DNA of 64,000 bases from Acidimicrobiia bacterium (GTDB taxonomy: Bacteria > Actinomycetota > Acidimicrobiia > Acidimicrobiales > Bin134): NCBI GenBank assembly GCA_022819825.1, contig JAJEGM010000020.1:6053-70052 (forward strand). Direction: 5' to 3'. Each line of letters opens with the position of its first letter. Within the stretch, counting starts at the first letter, position 1. Shown in pieces: positions 46,034 to 56,272 of this stretch. The position numbers and the translations under genes were made by a program. Below the pieces are notes generated by a model. The model worked only from the letters and a program-made list of their open reading frames with translations, searched no databases and had not been told where the DNA came from.

Positions 46034-46834
46034 CTACAGCGGCATCACCACGCCGCCATTGGGCCGCATGGTCTGGCCGGTGACGAACCTTCCGGCCTCG
46101 GAACAGAGGTAGAGAATGGCGTAGGCAATGTCGTTGGGGTCACCCACATAGCCCAGGGGGTTCATCTGGGCGATGGTGTCGAAGTGGTTCCGCTGGCGCT
46201 CGGGGTCCACCTTGCCGTCGTCATCCAGAAAGTGGCGGTCGTAGATGGGGGTCTCTATGGAGCCGGGGGCCACCGCGTTCACCCGGATGGGGGCCATCTC
46301 CACCGCCGCGGTTCGGGTGATCATCTTCACCGCCGACTTGGTGAGGGCGTACACCGAGATCATCGGGGCGGGCATATCGGCCCCGGCCGATGACAGGTTG
46401 ACGATGGAGCCAGACTTCTGGTCGGCCATGGCGCGGCCCGCGGCGGCGGTGCCCCAATAGACGCCCTTGATGTTCACGTTCATCACGCGGTCGAGCTGCT
46501 CAGGAGTGGTGTTCACGATCAGGCTGTCGGTGATGATCCCCGCGTTGTTCACCATGATGTCCAGCCGGCCGTGGCGGTTCACCGCATCAGCTACCAGCGC
46601 ATCCACCGCCGCCTTGTCACTCACATCGGTAGGCACCGCCGACCAACTGGCTCCCAACTCGTCCAGCGCCCCTCCGGTCTCGCCCATTCCATCCGCGTCA
46701 ACGTCCCCCAGCACCACCGAAGCCCCGGCTTTGGCCAGTGTTACCGCTGTCCCCCGGCCGATGCCGGAGGCCGCCCCTGTGACCACCGCCACCCGGTCGG
46801 AAATATCAAACGCAGCAATGATGTCGTCATGCAT
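46034..46834 (-). CDS. SDR oxidoreductase
   Basis: TGAASGIG, NNAG and YALTK motifs. Confidence 0.9.
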   Translation of the reverse strand: MHDDIIAAFDISDRVAVVTGAASGIGRGTAVTLAKAGASVVLGDVDADGMGETGGALDELGASWSAVPTDVSDKAAVDALVADAVNRHGRLDIMVNNAGIITDSLIVNTTPEQLDRVMNVNIKGVYWGTAAAGRAMADQKSGSIVNLSSAGADMPAPMISVYALTKSAVKMITRTAAVEMAPIRVNAVAPGSIETPIYDRHFLDDDGKVDPERQRNHFDTIAQMNPLGYVGDPNDIAYAILYLCSEAGRFVTGQTMRPNGGVVMPL

Positions 46835-46887
46835 GGCCCCATCATGGCCCTTGCCGAATGGGGATCAGGAACCGTACTTGGGATGCG

Positions 46888-47304
46888 TCAGGCGGGTTCC
46901 CAGAAGATCATGGCGTGGGTGTCGTCGTAAGTGCGGGCATAGGCGGTAACGGGCATGCCGATCTCGACGGTTTCGGGGTCGATGCCGGTGAGGCCGCCGA
47001 ACATTCTCACTCCCTCAGGGAGGTCGATCATGGCCAGCACATAGGGCAGTTCGGCGAAGGCCGGGACGCCGTATTGGCGGACCACGGTGTAGGTGTAGAC
47101 GGTGCCGGTGCCGGCGGCCTCCATCCACTCGGGCTCGGCGCCGCAGGCGGTGCATATTGCTCGGGGATAATGCTGGCGATGGCCGCATTCCGGGCACTGC
47201 TGGATGAGCAAGCGGCCCTCAGCGGCGGCGGCGAAAAACTCTCCGTACTCGCCCTCGCCGGCGGGGACCGGTCCCTGCCATTCAAGATCGCTGACGACCC
47301 TCAT
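46888..47304 (-). CDS. DUF35 Zn-ribbon/OB-fold protein
   Basis: CPECG...YPR..CTACG and G.VYTYT motifs; ATGA overlap with the thiolase-fold gene. Confidence 0.9.
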   Translation of the reverse strand: MRVVSDLEWQGPVPAGEGEYGEFFAAAAEGRLLIQQCPECGHRQHYPRAICTACGAEPEWMEAAGTGTVYTYTVVRQYGVPAFAELPYVLAMIDLPEGVRMFGGLTGIDPETVEIGMPVTAYARTYDDTHAMIFWEPA

Positions 47305-48479
47305 GACGGCCGGTCCTTGCCCAAGATGACGGTGGCGATGGCCGACAGCCAGCCGCCGGAACCGCAGGCCAGGGCCAACTCCGCGTCGGGTACCTGGGCC
47401 TCGCCAGCGTCGCCTCGCAGCTGACGTACTGCTTCGATCAACAAGAAGATGCCCCGCATTCCCGGATGGTTGGACGACAAACCCCCTCCGTCGGTGTTGG
47501 TGGGCATCGAGCCACCTCGGCGCAGGTGGCCCTCTTCCACATAGGCGCCGCCCTCTCCCCGATCGCAGAAGCCCAAGCCCTCCAGCATGAGCATCACAGT
47601 GATGGTGAAGCTGTCGTAGAGCTGGGCGGTGTCGATGTCGGCCGGTGTCACCCCCGCCTGGGCGAACGCCTCTGGTCCGCATACCGCTGCCCCCATCTCA
47701 GTGAAGTCGGGCATCTGGTGGATGTTCCAGTGAGTCTGGGTGCCCGCCGACCCCAACACGTAGATCGGGGGCTGGCGCAGATCCCGGGCGATCTCCTCAG
47801 TGGTCATCACCAGCGCCCCACCCCCGTCGGTTATCACGCAGCAGTCCAGCTTGTGCAGCGGATCGGCGATCATACGGCTGCTCAACACGTCGTCCACCGT
47901 GATGGGGTCGCGGTAACGGGCATCAGGATTGAGGCCAGCGAACTCCCGAACCCCCACGGCGATCTCGGCCAATTGCTCCGAGGTGGTGCCGAACTCGTGC
48001 ATATGGCGGCGGGCAGCCAGGGCATAGGCCCCCACCAGGGGCAATCCGTAGGGGGTGGCCATCTGCATGGCTCCGGTCACCGGCTGAGCGTCGCGCTGAA
48101 AGCCCCCGGTGCCCAGCACCCGGCCCATGCGGGTGAGCTGATCGGAGCCATAGGTGATCAGCACGGTGTCGCACAGCCCCTCCCGGATAGCGGCGGCCGC
48201 GTGCTGCACGTGGAACTCGAACGACGAGCCCCCCACCATGGTTCCGTCGATGTAGCGGTGGTTCACACCTAGGTACTCGGCCATGGACACGGCGTCGTCG
48301 CCCGCTGCTGGCCCGCCGCCGCTGGTGCTCACATATCCGTCGATGGCCGACTTGGCGATGCCGCAGTCGGCAATGGCACGACGGGCGGCCAGCGCATGGT
48401 GCTGCACCGAGTTCAGGTGCGGCACCACCGGATAGTCGCTCAGGCCAATGCCGCAGATGACGGGGTGTCGGGAAGGCAT
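47301..48479 (-). CDS. SCP2-type thiolase-fold protein lacking the N-terminal catalytic Cys
   Basis: VGGSS, DCC..TDGG, QLYDSF and NTDGGGLS.HP motifs. Confidence 0.88.
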   Translation of the reverse strand: MPSRHPVICGIGLSDYPVVPHLNSVQHHALAARRAIADCGIAKSAIDGYVSTSGGGPAAGDDAVSMAEYLGVNHRYIDGTMVGGSSFEFHVQHAAAAIREGLCDTVLITYGSDQLTRMGRVLGTGGFQRDAQPVTGAMQMATPYGLPLVGAYALAARRHMHEFGTTSEQLAEIAVGVREFAGLNPDARYRDPITVDDVLSSRMIADPLHKLDCCVITDGGGALVMTTEEIARDLRQPPIYVLGSAGTQTHWNIHQMPDFTEMGAAVCGPEAFAQAGVTPADIDTAQLYDSFTITVMLMLEGLGFCDRGEGGAYVEEGHLRRGGSMPTNTDGGGLSSNHPGMRGIFLLIEAVRQLRGDAGEAQVPDAELALACGSGGWLSAIATVILGKDRPS

Positions 48480-49721
48480 CTAGGCCAGAGCCTCAATGAT
48501 GGAGTTGTGCTCGCCGAGGTGGGGGGCGCGGTGACGGATGCGATAGGGGGACTTGGGAGCGATATACGGTGCTCCCAGATAGGTGAAGGTCCGGCCCAAG
48601 TCCTCGTGCTCCACTTCGACTGGGAAGCCTCGCTCTTGGAAGTGGGGGTCGGCCAGCACTTCTTCGGGGGAGTAGATGATGCCCACCGCCAAGCCCCGCT
48701 CTTGGGCGCCGATGAAGAACTCGTAGGCGGTGATGTTCTCGGAGATGAACCGGACTGCCTCTCGGGCGGCACCGAACATAGCGGTCACCTCGGGATCTTG
48801 GCCCACCTGCGAAAGATGCAGATCCTCTTCGAGTTGGGCGCCCATCTCCAGGAAGAAGAACTCTTCAAATTGGTCTTTCAACCCCAGGCTCTCCATCCAC
48901 TCCACTACCACGGCGAAGTCCCGGGCCGAGCGGGGTGGAAAGCCGGTATTCACGTCGATGCCGTCTGCCGACAGTGCCCGGGTGAACGTGGTGGGCTCGA
49001 TGGCCGCGTGCCGCCCAGTCTGGCGCTGCACCTCGTCGCCAGCTACCAACCACTGCACCGAGCCGAACTCTGTGGTCACGTTGGCGGCTGCGTGCATGCT
49101 GACGTCCACGAACTGGCCTTGGCCGGTGCGGTCTCGGGCCAACAGCGCGGTCTGGGCGGAGAGCACCGCAAATACCGAGCCGGTTTGGTACCCCTGGTTG
49201 CCCCCGCCCCGCTGGGGCGGGATGGCGTGGTCGTCGTAACCGCAGCTCCACACGGGCCCGCCTGCGGCCAGCACGGTGAGGTCGATGCTCTCTTCTTGGG
49301 ACCGCGGTCCGTTGCGGCCAAACGGGGTTAGCGACACCCAAATCAACTCGGGATGGTCGGCCCGCAAGGTGTCGTGGTCGATGCCCAGGTCGGCCAATCG
49401 GCCAGGGCGCTCGGATTCCAGCACCACATCGACGGTGGCAACCAGCGACCGGAACCGGTCCCGACCGTCTTCATCCCCTAGATCCAGGGTCACGCCCAGC
49501 TTGGAGGCGTTGTAGTGCCACCACCACAGGCTGCGCTCGGGATCGGGCACATCGTGCAGGAACGGCTCAAATCCCCGGGTGTGGTGACCATCGGGAGGCT
49601 CAACCACAATGACCTCGGCCCCCATCCCCGCCAGTATCAGGCCGGCATACGCTGACGCTTCACCGGCCAGCTCCACTACTCGGATTCCTGCCAGAGCGCC
49701 GGGAAGATCGTTCCCCGCCAT
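48480..49721 (-). CDS. Family III CoA-transferase (probably non-catalytic subunit)
   Basis: GAEVIVVEPP.G and G.GQFVDVS motifs; no Asp at the expected catalytic position. Confidence 0.85.
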   Translation of the reverse strand: MAGNDLPGALAGIRVVELAGEASAYAGLILAGMGAEVIVVEPPDGHHTRGFEPFLHDVPDPERSLWWWHYNASKLGVTLDLGDEDGRDRFRSLVATVDVVLESERPGRLADLGIDHDTLRADHPELIWVSLTPFGRNGPRSQEESIDLTVLAAGGPVWSCGYDDHAIPPQRGGGNQGYQTGSVFAVLSAQTALLARDRTGQGQFVDVSMHAAANVTTEFGSVQWLVAGDEVQRQTGRHAAIEPTTFTRALSADGIDVNTGFPPRSARDFAVVVEWMESLGLKDQFEEFFFLEMGAQLEEDLHLSQVGQDPEVTAMFGAAREAVRFISENITAYEFFIGAQERGLAVGIIYSPEEVLADPHFQERGFPVEVEHEDLGRTFTYLGAPYIAPKSPYRIRHRAPHLGEHNSIIEALA

Positions 49722-50950
49722 CAGATCACCCCCTCTGCGGCCAGGTCGGTCAACTCGGCGTCGGAATGACCGAGCAGGCCCCCAAGTATCTGGCGGTTGT
49801 GCTGGCCCAATAGAGGAGCTCCCCGCTCCAGCACCCAGTCGGTCTCGGAGAAATGGGCGGGGATTCCGTCGACCCGAACCCGACCCATCTCACCGTGGGT
49901 GACGGTGGGCCACAAGCCCCAGGCCTCGGTGTTGGGGTCGTTGTCGATCCGGTCCTCCGGCTTGGCCACTCCGGCAGCGGGCACACCGACGGCTTGCAGT
50001 TCAGCGGCCGCCTTGAACCGATCCCGACCTGAACTCCAGGCCCGCACGGCATCGTCCAACTCGTCCTCATAGGCCAGCCGCCCGGCCAGGTCGTCGAACC
50101 GCGGGTCGTTGATTCCCATAAGCCGGGCGATGGCCTGCCAATCGCGGTCGTCTCGGGCAGCCAGGGCCAGCCAGGCGTCGTGCCCGTCGGCCTCATAGAT
50201 GCCGTGAGGAGCCATGGCCGGGAACTGGCTGCGGTTGCTGTAGGGCATGCCGTCGCGCCGCAGCGGCCGTCCGTTCACGGTGTAGTCCAATGCCACCGGG
50301 CCGAGCATGGTGGCCCCGGCGTCGGTACACGACATGTCGATCCATTGGCCCTCGCCGGTGCGGCTGCGGTGGATGAGCCCGGCCATGATGGCCATGGCCA
50401 TGAAGTTCCCTCCGTGGTGGTCCATGTAGGAGTAGCCCCACCCAGCCGATGGCATGTCGGGGAGCCCGGAGGTGAAGGTGAGTCCGCAGCAGGCCTGCAC
50501 GATCGGGCCCCACGTCTTGTACTTGCAATAGGGGCCTACGTGGCCGAACCCGCAGTTGGACACGTACAAGATGTCGGGCTTGATCTCTTTCAAACGGTCG
50601 TATCCAAAACCCAGGCGCTCCAACACCCCGGCGGCGAAGTTCTCGGTGACGGCGTCGCTCACCGAGATGATCTCGGCCAGCAGCTCTTTGCCCCGCTCGG
50701 TGCGGAGGTTGAGCGTGACCCCCAGCTTCTCCACGTTGTGGTTGTTGAAGCAGCCGCCGAACTCATGGCCCCGGCGGTCGTCCACGAACGGGGACGTTCC
50801 CCGGAGCACATCCCATTTGCCGAGGCGCACCGGATCCTCGATGCGGATGATCTCGGCCCCGAAGGCGGCCATCCACCGGGTGGCCCCTGCTCCGGCCAGC
50901 TGCCCGGTGAAGTCGCAGATGCGAATGTGGGACAAAGCCTCAGATTTCAC
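49721..50950 (-). CDS. Family III CoA-transferase (catalytic subunit)
   Basis: GFG..GP, YSYMD (candidate catalytic Asp) and GEGQWID motifs. Confidence 0.88.
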   Translation of the reverse strand: MKSEALSHIRICDFTGQLAGAGATRWMAAFGAEIIRIEDPVRLGKWDVLRGTSPFVDDRRGHEFGGCFNNHNVEKLGVTLNLRTERGKELLAEIISVSDAVTENFAAGVLERLGFGYDRLKEIKPDILYVSNCGFGHVGPYCKYKTWGPIVQACCGLTFTSGLPDMPSAGWGYSYMDHHGGNFMAMAIMAGLIHRSRTGEGQWIDMSCTDAGATMLGPVALDYTVNGRPLRRDGMPYSNRSQFPAMAPHGIYEADGHDAWLALAARDDRDWQAIARLMGINDPRFDDLAGRLAYEDELDDAVRAWSSGRDRFKAAAELQAVGVPAAGVAKPEDRIDNDPNTEAWGLWPTVTHGEMGRVRVDGIPAHFSETDWVLERGAPLLGQHNRQILGGLLGHSDAELTDLAAEGVI

Positions 50951-51035
50951 GGCCCGACCTTATGCGGTCGGATTAAGCGGCAACCGAGTCGGGAAACGCC
51001 GACGGCCCCGCCCGCCGTTCCCTAGGCTCCTCCCC

Positions 51036-51962
51036 GTGCGAGTGCTACACCACATGGAAGACGGGCGGCTCGACCCGATCATCGCCCGATTCGAAACCGT
51101 GGAGTTCGTGTGCGTCCCTCGCCAGGGCGACATCCCCGAAGGGGCGTCCGGCGACGTGTTGCTGACCATCCCCCGGGGCTATCCCAACCTCTCCGAGCTC
51201 CTGGACCGAGGGGTGGAGTGGGTACACGTGACAAGCACCGGGATCGACGGGTTTCCGCTCGAGTTCCTGGGCGACCGGGTGATGACCTGCTCACGGGGGG
51301 CTTCCGCTATCGGTATCTCCGAGTGGTGCCTGGCCATGATGCTGGCCTTCGAGAAGGACCTGCCCAATGTGTGGCTGCAAAGCCCGCCTGAGCGATGGTT
51401 CACCGCCGATCTGGGGGCGCTCTACGGCAAGACCCTGGGACTCATCGGGCTGGGCGGCATCGGCACCGCGGTGGCCCGCCGGGCCCTCGCCTTCGATATG
51501 ACGGTGTTGGCTTTGCGACGCACAGCGGCGCCTTCGCCTCTGGTTGGGGTGCAGATCGCCACCTCGTTGGACGAGCTGTTGGAGCGCTCCGATCACATCG
51601 TGGTGGCCGCTCCGGCCACCGCCGCCACCCATCACCTCTTGGATGCCGACACCCTGGCCAAAGCCAAGCCGGGCGCGCACATCATCAACATCGCCCGGGG
51701 CGACCTCATCGACCAGGACGCCCTGCGGGCTGCACTGGACCGCGGGCATATCGCCCGGGCCTCGCTGGACACGGTGGAGCCCGAGCCCCTCCCCGAGGGC
51801 CACTGGCTGTACGAGCACCCCCAGGTCCGACTCAGCGCCCATGTGTCCTGGTGCATGCCTGAATCCTGGGACTTCCTCATGGCCCCCTTCGCCGACAATC
51901 TTCAGCGCCGCTTAGACGGACAACCCCTAGAGGGAATCGTCAACCCCAACGAGGAGTACTAG
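51036..51962 (+). CDS. D-2-hydroxyacid dehydrogenase family
   Basis: GLGGIG, NIARG, LDT.EPEPL and SAH motifs; TAGGCT 7 nt before GTG 51036. Confidence 0.88.
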   Translation: MRVLHHMEDGRLDPIIARFETVEFVCVPRQGDIPEGASGDVLLTIPRGYPNLSELLDRGVEWVHVTSTGIDGFPLEFLGDRVMTCSRGASAIGISEWCLAMMLAFEKDLPNVWLQSPPERWFTADLGALYGKTLGLIGLGGIGTAVARRALAFDMTVLALRRTAAPSPLVGVQIATSLDELLERSDHIVVAAPATAATHHLLDADTLAKAKPGAHIINIARGDLIDQDALRAALDRGHIARASLDTVEPEPLPEGHWLYEHPQVRLSAHVSWCMPESWDFLMAPFADNLQRRLDGQPLEGIVNPNEEY

Positions 51963-53440
51963 CCGTCGGTTGACAACACTGCCGCCACCACCTCGCGGCG
52001 GCGGACCTGGCCGGTGGCCGGAGTGCGGGGGATGGCATCCATGGTCTCGATGCGGCGGGGGTGCTTGAACCGGGCCAGGCGGTTGCTCAGGTGGGCTTGC
52101 ACTGCATTGGGAGTGGGCCGGGCAACGCCCGACGCGAGCACGAACACGGCGCACACCACCTCGCCCCAGCGGTCGTCGGGAATGCCCACCACCGCCACTT
52201 CGGCAGCACCGGGGAAATCAGCCAGATGGCCTTCGACCTCGGCAGGCGACACCGTCTCGCCACCGGTGCGGATTACGTCTTTGACTCTCCCGACGATGGA
52301 GTAGAAGCCGTCGCCGTCCACCTCGGCCAGATCGCCGGTGCGGAACCAGCCGTCTTCGGTGAATGCCTCAGCGGTGGCGTCGGGATTGTCGAAATAACCG
52401 TCGAACATGAAGGGCGACCGGGTCTGGAGCTCTCCCTGGTCGAGGCGCACCTCCGCGCCGGTGTGGGCCTGACCGCAACTCCCCGGCCGGGACTCCATGT
52501 CGGCGTCGTCCAGCATCGTGACCGAGCCCGCCTCAGTGGAGCCGTAAAAGACCCGTCGATGGGCGTTGGGGAACGCGGCCTTCAGGTCGGCCAGCAGCTC
52601 GGGTGGGGTGGCCGAGGTGCCGGAAGTGGCGAATCGGAGCGAGGCCAAATCGGCATGGCGACCGGCATCCAACACCCGGCGCCACACCGCCGGGATGCAG
52701 TTCATGTAGGCCGCTTGGTGATGCTGAACCGCATCGATCAACACATCGGCGTCGGCCCGGTCAGTGAACACCACCAGCCCTCGGGCCTGCCAGGCCTGAA
52801 GGGCGATGGTCCACGCCCCCATGTGGAACATCGGGAACATGCACACCGTGGCCCCCCTCGGCTCCAGCAGCGCCGGGGTGCGGGTGCGGAGCCAATTGCA
52901 CCGGTGCGACAGCACCACGCCCTTGGACTTACCTGTGCTGCCGCTGGTGAAGAACACCACATGAGGATCGCTCTCCCCCACCTGCGATGGCACCGGTGCC
53001 GCGGCCGACCCTGACTGGGCCTCGGCAACCAGGTCGAGCCCGGGACCGGTGCCTCCCAACCGCACCAGTGGGACCCCCACGGCGTCGGCCACCGCCTGCC
53101 CAGCCTCGGCGTGTCCGGGATCGACCACCAGCAGCCGGGGTCGAGCCAGGCCCACCATCTCGGCCGCCTCCTCGGGCGACAGCCGGGCGTTAGCCGGGGC
53201 GAACACAGTCCCCGCTCGGGCCAGGGCTACAAAGAGCGACACCGACGCCAGGTTGTTGTCGCTCCAGGTGACCACCCGGTCGCCCCGACTCACCCCGAGT
53301 CCGGTCAGCACATGGCCCATCTGATTGGCCTGCCGGCGCAGCTCCCCGTAGGTGAGCACTTGCCCGTCCAGCGCCGCTGCCGGGCGATGCGGCACGGTCG
53401 CGGCCGCATTGTCGAACACCGAGCCGATCACCAACTCCAT
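51959..53440 (-). CDS. Acyl-CoA synthetase (AMP-forming)
   Basis: FTSGSTGKSKG, YGSTE and FRTGD motifs; the A10 Lys region reads TGQV. Confidence 0.9.
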   Translation of the reverse strand: MELVIGSVFDNAAATVPHRPAAALDGQVLTYGELRRQANQMGHVLTGLGVSRGDRVVTWSDNNLASVSLFVALARAGTVFAPANARLSPEEAAEMVGLARPRLLVVDPGHAEAGQAVADAVGVPLVRLGGTGPGLDLVAEAQSGSAAAPVPSQVGESDPHVVFFTSGSTGKSKGVVLSHRCNWLRTRTPALLEPRGATVCMFPMFHMGAWTIALQAWQARGLVVFTDRADADVLIDAVQHHQAAYMNCIPAVWRRVLDAGRHADLASLRFATSGTSATPPELLADLKAAFPNAHRRVFYGSTEAGSVTMLDDADMESRPGSCGQAHTGAEVRLDQGELQTRSPFMFDGYFDNPDATAEAFTEDGWFRTGDLAEVDGDGFYSIVGRVKDVIRTGGETVSPAEVEGHLADFPGAAEVAVVGIPDDRWGEVVCAVFVLASGVARPTPNAVQAHLSNRLARFKHPRRIETMDAIPRTPATGQVRRREVVAAVLSTDG

Positions 53441-53501
53441 CGCCGGGCACACTACCGGGAGATGGGGCCTCCAACCGGTGTGGTCACTACCGTGAGGGAC
53501 A

Positions 53502-54179
53502 ATGACGGAGCAAACGGGTCGGCGATCTAGGGCCGCAGAACTCGCTCTCGAAAAGGCCTATGCGGCCAAAGGCCCAGAGGCCAATCGCGAGCTGTACGCA
53601 TCGTGGGCCAAGACGTACGAGTCGGGCTTCATCGTCGACAGCGGATACGTCTACCACCAAGAAGTGGTCAAGGTCTTCAGCGATGGATTCGAACAAAGGA
53701 GCCAGCCTGTTCTGGATGTGGGCTGTGGAACCGGAGTCGTCGGGGGCGAGTTGGCCAAGTTGGGCGTGTCCGTTATCGACGGCATCGATATCTCCCCAGA
53801 AATGCTGGCCGAAGCCGCGGCCAAGACGTGCAACGGCCGCCCGGTGTATCGGCAACTCATTGAAGCCGACCTCACCGGTCAGACCGAATTGGCCGTTGGC
53901 GCCTACGCCGGCATCGTGAGCTCAGGAGCATTCACCCATGGGATCTTCGGTCCGGAGACGATTTTGAAACTGCTCCGGGCGGCGAGCCCCGGTGCTCGTT
54001 TCGCGCTCGGGATCAACTCTGCCCACTTTGAAGAGGTCGGCTTTGCCGACTGGCTGGGACAGCGCCAGTCGGACGGACACATCTCAGAGCCGCACTTCGA
54101 GTTGCGGCCAATCTATGGCGACGCTGACGAGGCAGATCCCAACCAGTGGTCCCGCATCGCAGTCTTCTCGGCCTCGTGA
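53502..54179 (+). CDS. Class I SAM-dependent methyltransferase
   Basis: LDVGCGTG and GIDISPEML motifs. Confidence 0.88.
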   Translation: MTEQTGRRSRAAELALEKAYAAKGPEANRELYASWAKTYESGFIVDSGYVYHQEVVKVFSDGFEQRSQPVLDVGCGTGVVGGELAKLGVSVIDGIDISPEMLAEAAAKTCNGRPVYRQLIEADLTGQTELAVGAYAGIVSSGAFTHGIFGPETILKLLRAASPGARFALGINSAHFEEVGFADWLGQRQSDGHISEPHFELRPIYGDADEADPNQWSRIAVFSAS

Positions 54180-54221
54180 GCAAAGCCGCATAAGTGGACG
54201 GGACGTGGCACCATTGGACCC

Positions 54222-55448
54222 ATGAGCTTGACGTCCGATCCGCTCCCCGGCACAGAAGAGGAAAACGCGTTCGACCCGTTCGCCTATCCCGAGGCGGTGC
54301 CAATCGACACGTTGGCCGAGCTGCGTTCAGAGTGCCCGGTGGCCCGGACTCCCACTGGCTGGTACCTCACCAAGTTTGACCATGTGTTGGAGGCCACCAG
54401 AGACGTGGAGACCTTCGTGTCCAGCTTCCGCGATCCCGGCGTGGTGGTCCCCGAAGAGGAGAAGCTCATCAGCGAAATCCCCGAACCACGTCACGGCAAG
54501 GTGCGGAGGATCATCAACGCCACGGTGGCCCATCACAAGTCGATGCGAGCCGAGCCCTTCGTGCGGGATCTGTGCCACCAATATCTCGACCCGATCTTGG
54601 AGCGGGGCCACGGCGAGCTGGTGGCCGAGTTCATAACCCCGGTGCCTATCAACGTGATCTCCCACCTCATCGGGGTGCCCGCCGAGGACTGGGAGCAGTT
54701 CCACGCCTGGACCGACGAGGTTGTGCTGGGCGACTACCCCCGCACCAACCGCAACGAGCGGGGCGAGGGCCTGGCCGGTGCCCATCCCGAGTTCTGCGCC
54801 TACATCGACGCCCTGATCGCCGAGCGGCGGGCCAGCGACGAGGCCCCCGACGACCTGGTAACCCGGCTCATCACCACCGAGATCGAGGGTCACCGCCTCA
54901 CCGATGTGGAGATACGCACCCAGCTTGCCTTCCTCATCATGTCGGGCAACGAGACCACCCGGCACCTGATCGGCAACCTGCTGTGGCGCATCATCGGCGA
55001 CTCTGAGCTGTTCGCCACCCTCAAGGCCGACCGGAGCCTCTCTGAGCGGGCGGTAGAGGAATCGTTGCGGATCGACTCCCCCGCCCACATGCTCATTCGG
55101 GACTGCACTGCGGACACCGATGTGTTCGGCGCTCCGATGCGCAGTGGCGACAAGATCGTGTTCGGCGTGTCGTCGGCCAATCGGGACGAGGACTACTTCG
55201 ACGATCCCGATTCATTCCGGCTCGACCGGGACCGCCCCAAAGACCACATCGCCTTCGGCGGTGGCCCCCACATCTGCCCCGGCGCCAGCCTGGCCCGCCT
55301 GGAAGGCCGAGTGGCGCTGGAGGTGTTCTTGGACCGAGTGGCCACTGCCGAGCTGGCCCCCGGATGCGTTCGCAAGAAGACCCCTGTGTTCTGGGCCAAC
55401 GGACCCGACCGCCTCGACGCGTTCTTGACTCCCGAACCCGTTGGCTGA
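54222..55448 (+). CDS. Cytochrome P450
   Basis: SGNETT, EESLR and FGGGPHICPG motifs. Confidence 0.93.
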   Translation: MSLTSDPLPGTEEENAFDPFAYPEAVPIDTLAELRSECPVARTPTGWYLTKFDHVLEATRDVETFVSSFRDPGVVVPEEEKLISEIPEPRHGKVRRIINATVAHHKSMRAEPFVRDLCHQYLDPILERGHGELVAEFITPVPINVISHLIGVPAEDWEQFHAWTDEVVLGDYPRTNRNERGEGLAGAHPEFCAYIDALIAERRASDEAPDDLVTRLITTEIEGHRLTDVEIRTQLAFLIMSGNETTRHLIGNLLWRIIGDSELFATLKADRSLSERAVEESLRIDSPAHMLIRDCTADTDVFGAPMRSGDKIVFGVSSANRDEDYFDDPDSFRLDRDRPKDHIAFGGGPHICPGASLARLEGRVALEVFLDRVATAELAPGCVRKKTPVFWANGPDRLDAFLTPEPVG

Positions 55449-56262
55449 ACAACAGCCCGAGGGCGAGACTTACACCCACGGTTACCACCAGGTAATCGTG
55501 GGATGGCACTCCCGGCGCACTGCCGAGACTTGCGCGGCCTTCTTGTTGCCTCAACTGCGGCCCGATGCCGAGGTGCTCGATATCGGTTGCGGCTCAGGCA
55601 CCATCACCGCCGGCTTGGCCCGCCGCGCTGGCCGGGTGGTGGGCCTTGACTTGTCGGCTGACGTGGTGGACGCGGCCCGTGCCCATGCCGACGACTGCGG
55701 CCTGTCCAACGCTTCCTTTGAGATCGGGTCGGTCTACGAGCTGCCGTGGAATGACTCCAGCTTCGACGTGGTGTACGCCCACCAGGTGCTCCAGCACCTT
55801 TCCGATCCGGTCCGGGCCTTGCGGGAGGCCCGGCGAGTACTGCGGTCCGGCGGGCTGGTGGCCGTGCGCGACTCCGACTACGCCACCATGATCCACGCTC
55901 CCGTGTTCCCGGCCATCGAGCGCTGGCGGGACCTCTACCATCAGGTTGCGACCGCCAACGGCGGTGAGGCCGACGCCGGTCGCTATCTGCTGTCGTGGGC
56001 AATTGAAGCCGGTTTCACCGACATCGAGACCACTGCCACTACCACCGCCCACACCGACCACGAGGGTCGGACTGTGTGGGGCGAGATGTGGGCAGTGCGG
56101 GCAATTGAAAGCGACTTCGCCGAACACGCAGTCAACAACGGATTCGCCACCCGCGATGAACTAAAGGAAATCTCCGACGCCTTCCGCCAATGGGCCATCC
56201 AGCCCGACGGCTTCTGGGCCTGGGTGAACGGCGAGGTGATCGGGGTCTGCCCACCTGATTGA
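55441..56262 (+). CDS. UbiE-like SAM-dependent methyltransferase
   Basis: YTHG; LDIGCGSG; FDVVYAHQVLQH. Confidence 0.88.
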   Translation: MAEQQPEGETYTHGYHQVIVGWHSRRTAETCAAFLLPQLRPDAEVLDIGCGSGTITAGLARRAGRVVGLDLSADVVDAARAHADDCGLSNASFEIGSVYELPWNDSSFDVVYAHQVLQHLSDPVRALREARRVLRSGGLVAVRDSDYATMIHAPVFPAIERWRDLYHQVATANGGEADAGRYLLSWAIEAGFTDIETTATTTAHTDHEGRTVWGEMWAVRAIESDFAEHAVNNGFATRDELKEISDAFRQWAIQPDGFWAWVNGEVIGVCPPD

Positions 56263-56272
56263 CAGGCCTCCG

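Noticed and set aside
23599-51962. Long N-terminal extensions in the ORF track (ORF starts at 24921, 33208, 34515, 34632, 39924, 47682, 50556) suggesting fusions
   Set aside because: The extensions overlap neighbouring genes; family N-termini and promoter/RBS signals support the shorter starts
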